From Chloroflexota bacterium (GTDB lineage: Bacteria > Chloroflexota > Anaerolineae > Anaerolineales > Villigracilaceae), in the NCBI GenBank assembly GCA_013112685.1, contig JABFGC010000002.1:264223-328222 (forward strand): a stretch of DNA of 64,000 nt, in the 5' to 3' direction. Under the pieces are notes generated by a model. It saw only the letters and a list, made by a program, of their open reading frames with translations, was not told the DNA's origin and did no database searches. Each line of letters starts with the position of its first letter. Within the stretch, counting starts at the first letter, position 1. Below, piece after piece: positions 53,104 through 63,514 of this stretch. Both the position numbers and the translations under genes were made by a program.

Positions 53104-54345
53104 TCACACAAACTGCGATAAATGCCTGTAACTATCCGCGAGCGCCTTCTCCCAGGAGGCGACGTGGTGATACAACTCAACCGAGGCGTAACCGGAGAAG
53201 CCGTTGTCGGTCAGCGCCTTGAAACTGGCGGCGAAGTCCATCGTCCCTTCGCCGGGGATTTCATGGAAGTGAACGATGCCGGTCAGTGTGTTCGCCACCA
53301 TTTTATCCATCAACAATTTTCCGTTTGCATCCTTCGTGGAGCGCAGGTAGATGATGATGGGGCGCGCCCGTTCCAGCACGTCGTAACTCAACCCTGGCAC
53401 CGAGATCAGGTAGACGAAAATCTCACTGTCGAAGGGAGATGCGCCCGCATACAGGCTGTTGTAGTCCACGAGGGCGGGCGGCTGGACGATGCCCACTGAT
53501 CCCAGGATGGATTCGACGCGCTTCTTTTGTTTCGCATCCGGCATTTCATCGTAAAAATAAATCGGGTGGTCGGGATCCACCAGCAGGTAATCCGCAAACT
53601 CGGGAAAGTAGATCAGGTACCTGGCGAAGTTCAAATCCATTTTGAGATCGTCCGCCATTTTGACCAGTTTCAGGTTGCAGCCTTCCTGCGAATCGGAGAC
53701 GTGCAGGAACTTCGCAAACGGCGCGGCTTTCGCCAGCGCTTCGAGATAATTCTGCTCCGAGCAGTAGTTGTGATTCAGATCGAGGTGCAGTTGGAAGCGC
53801 GGCGAATTGATCTCCTCCACCAGGTTTATGCCCTGTTCGAGCGTTTCGATGTACATGCCCGGCTCCGGCTCGATGAGGAGGGTGATGTCTTCGTCTTCGC
53901 GCAGTTCCTTCAGGCATTGATGGATGCTGTCCACCAGCAGTTCGCGCGGGTTGACCGACGGGTTGCTCACGTGTTCGTCGCGGATGAACCCGCTGCCGAA
54001 CGTGACGAGGTTCACGCCCAGTTTTCGAGCGGCGTGAATCCCGCGCTTCACAAGGTTGATGCGCCGCTTCCTGCCCGCCAGGTCGGGGCTCATCAACGAC
54101 GGTTCGTGCGGACGCTGGGGCGTGAAAAAGTGCGAAGCCGTGGACACACAGGCGGCGGTCACTTCGAGCGAGTCGAGCCGCTTTTTGACCGCCGCGAGAT
54201 ACTCGTCGGTGACGTCGAACGGATTGAACTGGTCGCGATGGAAAGACAGTTCGATACCCGGATACCCCGCCTTGTCCACAACTTCGATGGCATGTAAAAA
54301 ATCCAGGTTGGTCAAGCCAAACGTGCTGTAACTGAGTTTGATCAT
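53104..54345 (-). CDS. Sugar-phosphate isomerase/epimerase TIM barrel (xylose isomerase-like) with large insertion
   Basis: IEPEPGM, LDLNH, HVSD, then long insert, H.HEIPGEG.MDF, SVELY.H. Confidence 0.85.
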   Translation of the reverse strand: MIKLSYSTFGLTNLDFLHAIEVVDKAGYPGIELSFHRDQFNPFDVTDEYLAAVKKRLDSLEVTAACVSTASHFFTPQRPHEPSLMSPDLAGRKRRINLVKRGIHAARKLGVNLVTFGSGFIRDEHVSNPSVNPRELLVDSIHQCLKELREDEDITLLIEPEPGMYIETLEQGINLVEEINSPRFQLHLDLNHNYCSEQNYLEALAKAAPFAKFLHVSDSQEGCNLKLVKMADDLKMDLNFARYLIYFPEFADYLLVDPDHPIYFYDEMPDAKQKKRVESILGSVGIVQPPALVDYNSLYAGASPFDSEIFVYLISVPGLSYDVLERARPIIIYLRSTKDANGKLLMDKMVANTLTGIVHFHEIPGEGTMDFAASFKALTDNGFSGYASVELYHHVASWEKALADSYRHLSQFV

Positions 54346-54438
54346 GGCTGGCGCTCCATGTTGGTCTGCTTTTTCAGCCAGCCGGAGCGGCGCGCTCCGG
54401 CGCGGCAGTCTGAGATTTTACCATGCGCTTGTGACCAA

Positions 54439-55726
54439 TCATGCAATCAAATCCAAAACGCGGTACCAGAGTTTGCCGATGTTCACAAACCAGGCGTTGT
54501 CCTGGTAGGGCGGCGCGAGCGGAATGTTCAAATCTGCAAACGGGTTGTCCACCGGCTTGCCGAGTACCCCGTTTGCCAATTGCTGACCGAGATACGTAGC
54601 AAGCGTCACCCCATGACCGACGTACGCCATCGAATACCACATCCCGTCAACCCGCCCGGCGTGTGCGGTTTCATCGAGCGTCAGGGCGAGCGTGCCTCCC
54701 CAAAAATAATCGAGCCGCGTGTTCGCCAGTTCAGGGAAAACCCGCGCCATTCCGTTTCGCAGGGCGGCGATGTTCGTCTGCGGGTGCGCGCCGCGCATGG
54801 TCAATTCGCCGCCCCACACCATGCGCTTCTCCGGCGAGAGGCGGTAATATGCCAGCACCCGGCGCGTATCGTATGCCGCGCGGTTCTTTGGAATGACCTT
54901 TGCCGCGAGGTCGCCGCTCAACGGCTCGGTGGCAATGACATAACTCTCCGCCGGGAAGACGCGCATTCGGAATTGCGGGATGATCTTCCCGGTCCAGGCG
55001 TTTGCGGCGAGGATGATCTCTTTCGCGGCGATGTCGCCCGCCTCGGTCTGGACGATGAAGCGGGGTCCCGTCCATTTGGTCTTTCAGCCGCTCGACGGCG
55101 GTCACCCGCACTCCTTCGTGAATGTCCGCGCCTGCGTGTTCCGCCGCCAGCGCCATGCCGCGCACGAATTTGGCGGGCTGCACCGAGCCGTCGCGCGCGG
55201 GTTGACCATCAAGCCGTGATAGACATCCGTTCCCAATTCGTTGCGCACCTCGCTTTTCGGCACGATTTGCACCTCGAAACCCGCGATCTCACGCAGGGTT
55301 TCCTGTTCGCGTTTGAGGCGTTCAGAAATGGGCGGACTTCGCGGCGGCTTCGATACTGCCGCTGCGGACGAAATCGCAGTCAATTTGTTCCGTCTCGATG
55401 ATGCGCTCAACCGTGTCGGCGGCTTCCATAGCGGCGCGGAACATCTCCCTGCCCAGTTCCCTGCCATACCGCCTGACCGTTTCGGTCAATGTGTTGTGCA
55501 GGCAGGAAAGCGCCTGCCCGCCGTTGCGGGAACTCGCTTCGCGACCGATGCTCTTTGCCTCCAGCAGAGTCACGCGCGCGCCGCCCTTTGCCAGTTGCAG
55601 CGCGGCGGATGTCCCCGTGAAGCCGCCGCCGACCACCACCACATCCGCTTTTGGGGGAAGCGGTTTGCCCGCGTAGGATTTGGGTTCCGGGGCGGTTTCC
55701 CACCACAAGCATGTATGCCGGGTCAT
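54439..55726 (-). CDS. FAD-dependent amine oxidoreductase (PuuB/OrdL-like), frameshifted
   Basis: VVGGGFTG, ASSRNGG, IATEPL, YYRLSPE.RMVWGG, Y.GHGV. Confidence 0.85.
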
Positions 55727-56063
55727 AAAGTTCTCCTGAGTCTTCTTCGTTTACAGACCTGAAACGTTTTCGGCGTTCATTGTATTGCATCGTTATCAAA
55801 AGTAAAAGTGGCTCTACCGTTTTTAACGGGAAAATCATTTTCACCACGACCCTCATGCTGAGGGCTTGGGACACGACACTTGCCCCGGGTGCAAGTGCCG
55901 GGGAGATCACGAAGGAAAAATGCCTGTAAAGTTGACGCCTTTTCCCTCCTTTGTGTACTTGGTGCCCTTTGTGGTTAGGCTCTTTCCCGTTAATTACGGG
56001 AGAGCCGTAAAAGTTGAATTTCACGTTGCCTTGTGTCGCAATGGTTTATCCCGTTTTGCCGGG

Positions 56064-56089
56064 GGAACTTTCCCGACGAGCGGTGCGTC
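56064..56089 (+). promoter_or_regulatory. Possible ECF-sigma promoter
   Basis: GGAAC-17-CGTC upstream of the vWA gene. Confidence 0.4.
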
Positions 56090-56244
56090 CTTGAAAGAAA
56101 ACCGGCAGCCATTGGGGAGCGCCATCCCTTGAAAGGAGGGCTTATGACGTGATATGACCATGCCTGAAGAACAGTGGAACGCCATCCGCTGGTCTTCTCT
56201 CACCGCTTGAATCCGAATCGAATTTTCTTTTAGGAGAAGAGAAA

Positions 56245-57849
56245 ATGAACACCTTACGCAAAGCATTTGGCTTTTGTGCCATCTTCCTGTTGCTGTTCCT
56301 TGCCGCATGTGGGGGAGCCCCGGCCACCGAAGAGCCGATGGAAGCGGGGACCGAATCGCCCCCCCACGATTACGCTCCCGCCACCGAAGCGGCTGCTGTT
56401 GAAGCGCCTCCCGTTGAGGAGCAACCCGCTTCGATCCTTCCGAGCGGCGGATACCCCGCCCCAACCGCAGGTCCGAACAACGAACCGTACGATATGTTCT
56501 TCGAAGACTATGGCGTCAACCCGTCCATAGATACCGAGGACGACAACCTCTCCACGTTTGCGCTGGATGTGGATACCGGCTCGTACACCGTCATGCGCAA
56601 CTACCTCAACGACGGCAACCTGCCGCCGCCCGAGTCGGTGCGCGTGGAGGAATACGTCAACTACTTCGAGCAGGGCTATCCCAACCCGCCGCCTCACCAG
56701 GCATTCGGCATTTACATTGACGGCGGACCCTCGCCCTTCACTCAAACCGAACGCTACGACATGGTTCGCATCGGCATTCAGGGATACGACGTTCCAGACG
56801 AAGAACGCAAGGACGCCGCGCTGACCTTCGTCATTGACGTCTCCGGTTCGATGGACATGGATAACCGCCTGGGGCTGGTCAAGCAGTCGCTGGAAATGCT
56901 CGTGGAGCAGCTGCACCGGGACGATACCGTCAGCATCGTCGTCTACGGCTCGGATGCGCGCGTCGTCCTCGAACCCACGCGCGGCTCCGACGCCGACAGA
57001 ATCCTCTCCGCCATTTACAGTCTCCAGCCTGAAGGTTCCACCAATGCCGAAGCCGGTCTGCGGCTCGGCTATCGCATGGCGATGGAAGCCTATAAACCGG
57101 ATGGAATCAACCGGGTCATCCTCTGCTCGGACGGCGTGGCAAACGTCGGGCAGACCGAAGCGGATGCCATCCTCGAACAGATTGATCACTACGTCGCCGA
57201 AGGCGTCACGCTCACCACCATCGGCTTCGGCATGGACAATTACAACGATACGCTGATGGAGCAGCTTGCGGATAACGGAAACGGCTTCTACGCCTATGTG
57301 GACGACCGCAGCGAAGCCCGCAAACTGTTCATTGACCAGATCACCGGCACGCTGCAAACCATCGCGCTGGATGCCAAAGTGCAGGTCGAGTTCAACCCGG
57401 AAGTCGTGAAGAATTACCGCCTTGTGGGCTATGAAAACCGCGCGGTGGACGATGACGATTTCCGCGACAACGAAGTGGATGCCGGCGAGATCGGCGCGGG
57501 ACATTCCGTCACTGCCTTGTACGAGATCAAGTTATATCCCGAAGCCTACGGGAGAATCGCCACCGTGTTCATGCGCTGGGAAGACCCCGATACGCACCAG
57601 GTGGTGGAGATTTCGCAGGATTTCGACGTCAGCCAGATGGCGTACGATTTCCGCGAAACCGACCCCTACTTCCAGCGCGCGGTGATCGTGGCGGAGTTTG
57701 CCGAAATTCTGAAAGGCAGTTACTGGGCAGAAGGCAGCTCGCTGGATCACGTCTATGAAGAAGCCCGCCGCCTCGAAGACCGCTTCCGCCGCGACGACGC
57801 CATGGAAGAGTTCGTTGACCTGGTGGAACGCGCCAGACGGTTGTGGTAG
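56245..57849 (+). CDS. YfbK-like vWA lipoprotein
   Basis: Lipobox LAAC, STFALDVDTGSY, VRVEEYVNYF, MIDAS DVSGS, LVGYENR, DAGEIGAGHSVTALYE. Confidence 0.92.
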   Translation: MNTLRKAFGFCAIFLLLFLAACGGAPATEEPMEAGTESPPHDYAPATEAAAVEAPPVEEQPASILPSGGYPAPTAGPNNEPYDMFFEDYGVNPSIDTEDDNLSTFALDVDTGSYTVMRNYLNDGNLPPPESVRVEEYVNYFEQGYPNPPPHQAFGIYIDGGPSPFTQTERYDMVRIGIQGYDVPDEERKDAALTFVIDVSGSMDMDNRLGLVKQSLEMLVEQLHRDDTVSIVVYGSDARVVLEPTRGSDADRILSAIYSLQPEGSTNAEAGLRLGYRMAMEAYKPDGINRVILCSDGVANVGQTEADAILEQIDHYVAEGVTLTTIGFGMDNYNDTLMEQLADNGNGFYAYVDDRSEARKLFIDQITGTLQTIALDAKVQVEFNPEVVKNYRLVGYENRAVDDDDFRDNEVDAGEIGAGHSVTALYEIKLYPEAYGRIATVFMRWEDPDTHQVVEISQDFDVSQMAYDFRETDPYFQRAVIVAEFAEILKGSYWAEGSSLDHVYEEARRLEDRFRRDDAMEEFVDLVERARRLW

Positions 57850-57888
57850 GTTATATCGCCATGCTGCGAAATTCATTTCGCAGCGCCC

Positions 57889-58120
57889 GGAGTCCTGAAG
57901 TTCTACTTCAAGACTGGCACCTCAATCCGCGAAAGTAGAACTTTCGGAATCCATCTCTGTAAGTGACCCTGGAGTCCTGAAGTTCTACTTCAGGATTGGC
58001 ATCCTAATCCCCGAAAGTAGAACTTTCGGAATCCGTCTCTGTAAGTGCCCCTGGAGTCCTGAAGTTCTACTTCAGGATTGGCATCCTAATCCCCGAAAGT
58101 AGAACTTTCGGAATCCATCT
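57889..58120. repeat. 82-bp tandem repeat (about 3 copies) of paired REP-like palindromes
   Basis: Units start at 57889, 57971, 58053; each has tcctgaagttctacttca(g/a)ga and cgaaagtagaactttcg. Confidence 0.92.
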
Positions 58121-58140
58121 TTGCACAACCCGGAAAGAAA

Positions 58141-58171
58141 ACTCACCCCGAAAAAAAACTTCGGGGTGAGT
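58141..58171 (-). terminator. Terminator hairpin after ABC substrate-binding gene
   Basis: actcaccccgaa...ttcggggtgagt with A-rich 5' flank. Confidence 0.75.
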
Positions 58172-58185
58172 TGCGTTTCATGGAC

Positions 58186-59886
58186 TTATTGCCCTTGCTT
58201 GTACTTCCAGTTCTGTACGCCCCAACTCATGCTGCCCCAGGTATTGAGGACGTACCCTTCGAGGTTGTCCGCGATGCCGTAGCCGTCCTGGAAGAGATAG
58301 AGATACACCTGCGGCAGGTCGTCAATCACAGCCTGACCGATTTCGCAATACGCCTGTTTGCGCGTCTCGATGTCGAAACTGGAACCGGCGAGTTCGAGCG
58401 CCTTGTCCACATCCTCATTCACCCAGCGGAAGTAATTCCCGCCGGTGGGATTCTCAGCCGAGGGAATGCGCGAGGAATGGTAGGCGTCGAAGTTATAGCC
58501 CTGCGGTTCGGTGGTAAAGCCGCGGTCGAAGATCAGCATGTCGTAATCGCCGACCATGCGCGGGGAGTTGTCTTCAAACGTGCCAAAGATGATCGAGAAA
58601 TCGTAGTTCTGGATGCGCGCCTCGATGCCGACCGCTTTCAGGTTCTCGACGATAAACTCCTCGGTAAGTTGAAGCGGATCGAAAGCGGTATACCCTTGCA
58701 GTTCCAGGGAGAGGCGCGTTCCATCCTCGGCGTACATCGCTCCCTGCGCCACGCGGATTCCGTCCTCGCCCATCACCCAGCCGGCTTCATCCAAAAGTTT
58801 GTTGGCGGCTTCCACGTCGTAGCCGTACTTGTGCGGCAGGTCGCACTTGTACCAGCCGTAGGCGAAGGGATTGGTCGAATCGCCGACGCTGCCCTGCAAA
58901 ACATCCTGCTGCAGCGATTCGTAATTGATGGCATGGGCAATCGCCTGCCGCACACGGATGTCGCCCAGAATCGGGTGAGGCGCATCCGGTCCCGGGTCGC
59001 CGTCGAAGGGCGCGCTCAGGTTGAAGTCAATCGCCATGTTCCAAATGCCGGGGATGAGATACTGCCGGGCTTTGCCCTTCAACAGTTCGTTGTAATCTTC
59101 CTCGAACTCGCTGGGCCACAAATGGAACTGCGCTTCGCCGTTCAACATCATCGCGGTCTGCGCGGCGGGTTCCGGCACGATCTCGAACACGATGCTGTCA
59201 AGGTACGGCTTGCCTTCCTCGAAGTAATTCGGGTTGCGGTTGAGTGTGATGCTCTTGCCCGATTCCCAATTGCTCAGCACGAACGGACCCGCCGTCACCG
59301 GCGCGCGGTTCCATTCCCAGCCTGCCATTTCCTCCGGCGCTCCCGTGGCGTGACGCGGGAACAAACCGTAGGCGAACTGGTCGAGATAACCGGGATACGG
59401 CTCGGAGTAGGTGAGGATGGCAGTCAAGTCGTCGGGGGTTTCGACATTTGTGATCAGGTCGAACCCGCTCGTGCCGACCAGCGCACCCGAATTCGGGTTC
59501 GATAGCACTTCAATCGTGAAGCGAATATCATCCGACGTAAGCGGCTCGCCGTCCGACCATTTCAGACCCTCCTTGAGTTTCCAGGTTACGGTCAGGTAGT
59601 CGTCCGAGATCGCCGGCATTCCATCCGCAAGCATGGGCACGAAATTGCCGGTCTCGTCAATGGTGACCAGACCCGTCATTGAAGTGGCATCCGCCACCTG
59701 GCGCACGATGGCGGCATCCGCCAGGTAGAAATTGAGCGTGGTCGGCTCTTCGGGCAAAATGAGGACGACCGTCCCGCCTCCGCCTCCGCCGACGGCTGGT
59801 TCTGTCCCCTCGGCAGTTCCCCCGCCTGAACATGCGCTGAGGACGATTCCCAATACGACGAACAGGGTGAACAGTTTGAGTTTCAT
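58186..59886 (-). CDS. Peptide/nickel ABC substrate-binding lipoprotein (family 5)
   Basis: Lipobox LSAC, LKWSDGEPLTSDD, GPF, DIRVRQAI. Confidence 0.92.
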   Translation of the reverse strand: MKLKLFTLFVVLGIVLSACSGGGTAEGTEPAVGGGGGGTVVLILPEEPTTLNFYLADAAIVRQVADATSMTGLVTIDETGNFVPMLADGMPAISDDYLTVTWKLKEGLKWSDGEPLTSDDIRFTIEVLSNPNSGALVGTSGFDLITNVETPDDLTAILTYSEPYPGYLDQFAYGLFPRHATGAPEEMAGWEWNRAPVTAGPFVLSNWESGKSITLNRNPNYFEEGKPYLDSIVFEIVPEPAAQTAMMLNGEAQFHLWPSEFEEDYNELLKGKARQYLIPGIWNMAIDFNLSAPFDGDPGPDAPHPILGDIRVRQAIAHAINYESLQQDVLQGSVGDSTNPFAYGWYKCDLPHKYGYDVEAANKLLDEAGWVMGEDGIRVAQGAMYAEDGTRLSLELQGYTAFDPLQLTEEFIVENLKAVGIEARIQNYDFSIIFGTFEDNSPRMVGDYDMLIFDRGFTTEPQGYNFDAYHSSRIPSAENPTGGNYFRWVNEDVDKALELAGSSFDIETRKQAYCEIGQAVIDDLPQVYLYLFQDGYGIADNLEGYVLNTWGSMSWGVQNWKYKQGQ

Positions 59887-59905
59887 CTCTTCTCCTTTTA
59901 ATCTA

Positions 59906-59938
59906 AGACCTGACAGGTTTTACAAACCTGTCAGGTCT
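59906..59938. repeat. REP-like palindrome
   Basis: agacctgacaggttt-tac-aaacctgtcaggtct; related copies near 34030 and 7108-7184. Confidence 0.7.
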
Positions 59939-59944
59939 GAATCG

Positions 59945-60844
59945 CTACTCTGTGTGAATCACATACGGGTCGAAGGCATCGCGCAGACCATCGCCGATGT
60001 AGTTGATCGCCATGACCGTGATGAAAATCATCAAGCCGGGGTAGAACGCCAGCCACGGCGCGCGGAAGATTTTATCCTGCGCGGTGGAGAGGATGCTGCC
60101 CCATGTGGGCGTGGGAGGCTGGACGCCGAAACCCAGATAACTCAACCCCGATTCGGTGATGATGGCGGACGCCATTTGCAGCGTGCCGCTGACGAGGATC
60201 GGACCGACACAATTCGGCAGGATGTGCCGGACGATGATGCGGGCATCGCTCCCGCCCAATGCGCGCGAGGCGGTCACAAATTCCTTTTCGCGCAGCACAA
60301 GGAACAATCCGCGTACGAGGCGGGCGGGCCACATCCATGATAACGCGGCGATGATGACGATCACCACAAAAATGCTGTTCTGCAAAATGAACAGTTGCTG
60401 TTCCCGCAGAAATGCGCCGAGGATGATCAGCACAAAGATGGTGGGGAAGGTCAGGAAGGCGTCCGTGATGCGCATCAGCGCGGAATCCAGCCAGCCGCCG
60501 AAATATCCGCTCAGCGAGCCGACGATGATTCCCAGCGTGATGGAAAGGAATGTGGAAAGCAGCCCAACCGCGAGCGAGACGCGCCCGCCGTATAAAATCC
60601 GCGTGAAGAAGTCCCGCCCAAGCTCGTCGGTCCCGAACCAATGGACAGCGTTCGCTTTTTGAAAGGAATTGGTGGGATTCTGCGCCAATGGGTCATGCGC
60701 GCTTAAATTTGCGAACACCGCAGCCAGCACAAGCAGGGCAAGCACTGCAACGGCAACTCCTGCCAGTTTGTGTTTGAAAAACCGGCGGGTGATCAGGAGC
60801 GCCATGCTTTGCTCGCGTATGACAGCGGGTTGAACCTCACTCAT
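59945..60844 (-). CDS. Peptide ABC permease (OppC/DppC-like)
   Basis: FGTDELGRD, RHILPN, ESGLSYLGFG, GDGLRDAFDP. Confidence 0.93.
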   Translation of the reverse strand: MSEVQPAVIREQSMALLITRRFFKHKLAGVAVAVLALLVLAAVFANLSAHDPLAQNPTNSFQKANAVHWFGTDELGRDFFTRILYGGRVSLAVGLLSTFLSITLGIIVGSLSGYFGGWLDSALMRITDAFLTFPTIFVLIILGAFLREQQLFILQNSIFVVIVIIAALSWMWPARLVRGLFLVLREKEFVTASRALGGSDARIIVRHILPNCVGPILVSGTLQMASAIITESGLSYLGFGVQPPTPTWGSILSTAQDKIFRAPWLAFYPGLMIFITVMAINYIGDGLRDAFDPYVIHTE

Positions 60845-61811
60845 ACTTCACCTGCGGGTCGAGCCAGCCATACGCCAGGTCTGCGAGGATGTTGCAGATG
60901 ATGATGAGGATCGCGGTCAGCATCACCACGCCGAGCAGTACGGGATAATCGCGTCCTTTCGCCGCATCCCAAAAGAGCCGCCCCATGCCGGGGCCACGAG
61001 AAGATGGTCTCCACGAACAGCGCGCCCGCGAAGAGACTCGGCAAATCGAGCGCGATCAACGTCACCAGCGGCAGGATGGCGTTGCGCAGAGCGTGTTTGT
61101 AATAGACGAGCCGCTCCGAAAGTCCCTTGGCGCGCGCCGTGCGGACGTAATCCTCGTGCAGGACGTCCAACATGCTCGAACGCAGGAAGCGCGAATACCA
61201 GGCGATCCATCCAGGCTCAACGCGCTCACCGGCAGGACCAGATGCCAGAGCGTATCCAGCAGGTCGCCCTCCATGCCGCGCGTGTTCATGCCACCCACCG
61301 GGAAAAGCGGATCGCCTGTGAACGGGTTTTTCAAGGTGACGTAAAAGATGACGATCAATCCCAGTCCCAGCCAGTACACGGGAATTGCCTGCCCGATGAA
61401 TGTGATGGTGGTCATCGAGTAATCGAAGAGCGAGTAAGGCTTTCGCGCAGAGAGAATTCCAATGGGGATGGCAAACAACAAGGTCACAAGAAACGAAGCG
61501 CCCACCAAAATCAACGTGTTCGGAATCCGCTCGCCGATCATCTCCGAAACCGGGCGTCGGAACTTGATCGATTCGCCCATCTCACCCCTCAGCATGTTCC
61601 CAAGCCAGCGCCCATACTGCACCGGCAGGGGATCGTTCAATCCCAGTTTCTCTTCGATGGCTTCGATCTGTTCCTTTGAAATGTTCGGGTTCCTGCGCGC
61701 GGCGGTCAACGGTCCGCCCGGGGCGGCGCGCACCATCAGGAACAGAAGGATGCTGATGATGAAAAGGATTGGGATGGTTTGCAAGATGCGGCGGAGAGCG
61801 TACGTGCCCAT
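60841..61811 (-). CDS. Peptide ABC permease (OppB/DppB-like), frameshifted
   Basis: LGLNDPLPVQY, DYVRTARAKGL, KHALRNA, VETIFSW. Confidence 0.9.
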
Positions 61812-63401
61812 TTATGCCTCGAATACGACCCTGCCGTTCACCATCGTCAAAACCGGCTTTGCCTGCATGATGTCCTGGCGGGGCAGGGCGAACAGGTCGT
61901 GTGAAAACAAAACCAGGTCGGCGAGATAGCCCTCTTTTATCTGCCCTTTTTCGTTTTCCATGAACTCGGCGTATGCCGCATCGCGCGTGTAACCGAGGAT
62001 GAGTTCTTCGAGGGTCAGCGTTTGATCGGGGTCGCCGGGATTCCACTTCTCGCGGTTCATGCCCACGTGCAGGTTGATCATTGGGTCATACGGCGCGACG
62101 GGCCAGTCGCTGCCAAACGCGATGTTGTTTCCGGCATTCTTGATGTCGCGCCACGCAAAGGAAAGATGCCAGCGTCCCTCGCCCACGCGCGCGGGCCACA
62201 CATCGCCCTCGGAAATGCTGAACGGCGCATGGCTGGTCTGCATCGAAGGCAGGACGCCCAACTGTTGGAAGCGCGGGATGTCGTCGGGATGGATGACCTC
62301 GATATGTTCGATGCGATGCCTGCTATCCCGCCTCCCATTGGACCTCTGGACTGCTTCGTACCCATCGAGCGTGCGCCTCACCGCGCCGTCCCCGCAGCAG
62401 TGGACGAAGATCTGCAAGCCCATTTTGTCGCACAGCGCCGCCATGCGGGTGAAATGTTCGAGTGAATAGATGCCATCCGGTTTGGCTTCGGGGTCGTCGG
62501 CGTACGGTTCGATGTTCAACGCCGTGTAGGATTCCCACACGCCGTCCATGAAGAATTTCGCCGCGCCGCCGCGCGCAAACTCGCCCTGCACCTTTGCCAT
62601 CTCCGCCGCTTCGCTCAGCATGTCCTCTGTGGTTTCCGGCTTGACGTGATACGGCACGTACACACGCAGGGTCATCTCGCCTGCATCCTCGACGGCGGCG
62701 TAAGTTATCAGTTCTTCCATGTCCCCGTTCATGTTGTGGACGCTGGTCACGCCGGTGGCGTTGATGCGTGCCATCGTCATCTTGAGCAATTCGCGCTTGC
62801 GGGCTTCGCTCGGTTCGGGAATCAAATCTGAGACCAGACCCATCGCCGTCTCGCGTAATTCGCCGGTGGCGAGTCCATTCTCATCGCGGACGATCACGCC
62901 GTTGCCCTCCGCTTCCTTCCCCGGCTGGAGGATGCCTGCCAGTTCCAGCGCCTTTGTGTTCGCCCAGGAGGTGTGACCGTCGTAGGCGTTGATGTACACC
63001 GGTCGGTCCGGGACGATCTCATCCAATTGCTGGCGGTTCTGGATGATGTTGTATTTGATGCCGCGCCCGTCCACCCATTCGGATGTTTTGTTCTTTTCGG
63101 CGTGTTCCCGCAGGATGATTCGGACATCGTCGAGGTTTTTTGCGTCATATAACTGCGCCCCGCCCATCGAAATGGAACCCCACAATAAATGAAAATGCGA
63201 GTCGATGAAACCGGGCGTGAGAGTGCGTCCCTGCCCGTCCACGACTCGCGTGCCAGCGGCTTTGAAAGCGTTTGCGCCTTCGTTCGTGCCCACATAGATG
63301 ATGCGGTTTCCTTTGACGGCAACGGCTTCCGCCTGCGGCATGTCCTTGTTGCTGGTGAACAACCTGGCGTTTTCGATGATGATGTCTGCTTTGCGGTTCA
63401 T
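61812..63401 (-). CDS. Amidohydrolase family 3 (YtcJ-like)
   Basis: PGFIDSHFH, KFFMDG, H..GD, HRIEH, FGSDWPV, G.LADLV. Confidence 0.92.
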   Translation of the reverse strand: MNRKADIIIENARLFTSNKDMPQAEAVAVKGNRIIYVGTNEGANAFKAAGTRVVDGQGRTLTPGFIDSHFHLLWGSISMGGAQLYDAKNLDDVRIILREHAEKNKTSEWVDGRGIKYNIIQNRQQLDEIVPDRPVYINAYDGHTSWANTKALELAGILQPGKEAEGNGVIVRDENGLATGELRETAMGLVSDLIPEPSEARKRELLKMTMARINATGVTSVHNMNGDMEELITYAAVEDAGEMTLRVYVPYHVKPETTEDMLSEAAEMAKVQGEFARGGAAKFFMDGVWESYTALNIEPYADDPEAKPDGIYSLEHFTRMAALCDKMGLQIFVHCCGDGAVRRTLDGYEAVQRSNGRRDSRHRIEHIEVIHPDDIPRFQQLGVLPSMQTSHAPFSISEGDVWPARVGEGRWHLSFAWRDIKNAGNNIAFGSDWPVAPYDPMINLHVGMNREKWNPGDPDQTLTLEELILGYTRDAAYAEFMENEKGQIKEGYLADLVLFSHDLFALPRQDIMQAKPVLTMVNGRVVFEA

Positions 63402-63514
63402 TGCCTGTTCTCCTTTTCGTCTCTTGAGCTGACCTGAATATACATTAACTGCGACATGCGGGCAAGAGATTTTCGCCGATTTGGATTGCGTTACGGTTTA
63501 TAATCGCCCTCGTT

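Noticed and set aside
57889-58120. CRISPR array
   Set aside because: Intervening sequences are near-identical rather than unique spacers, and no cas genes are present
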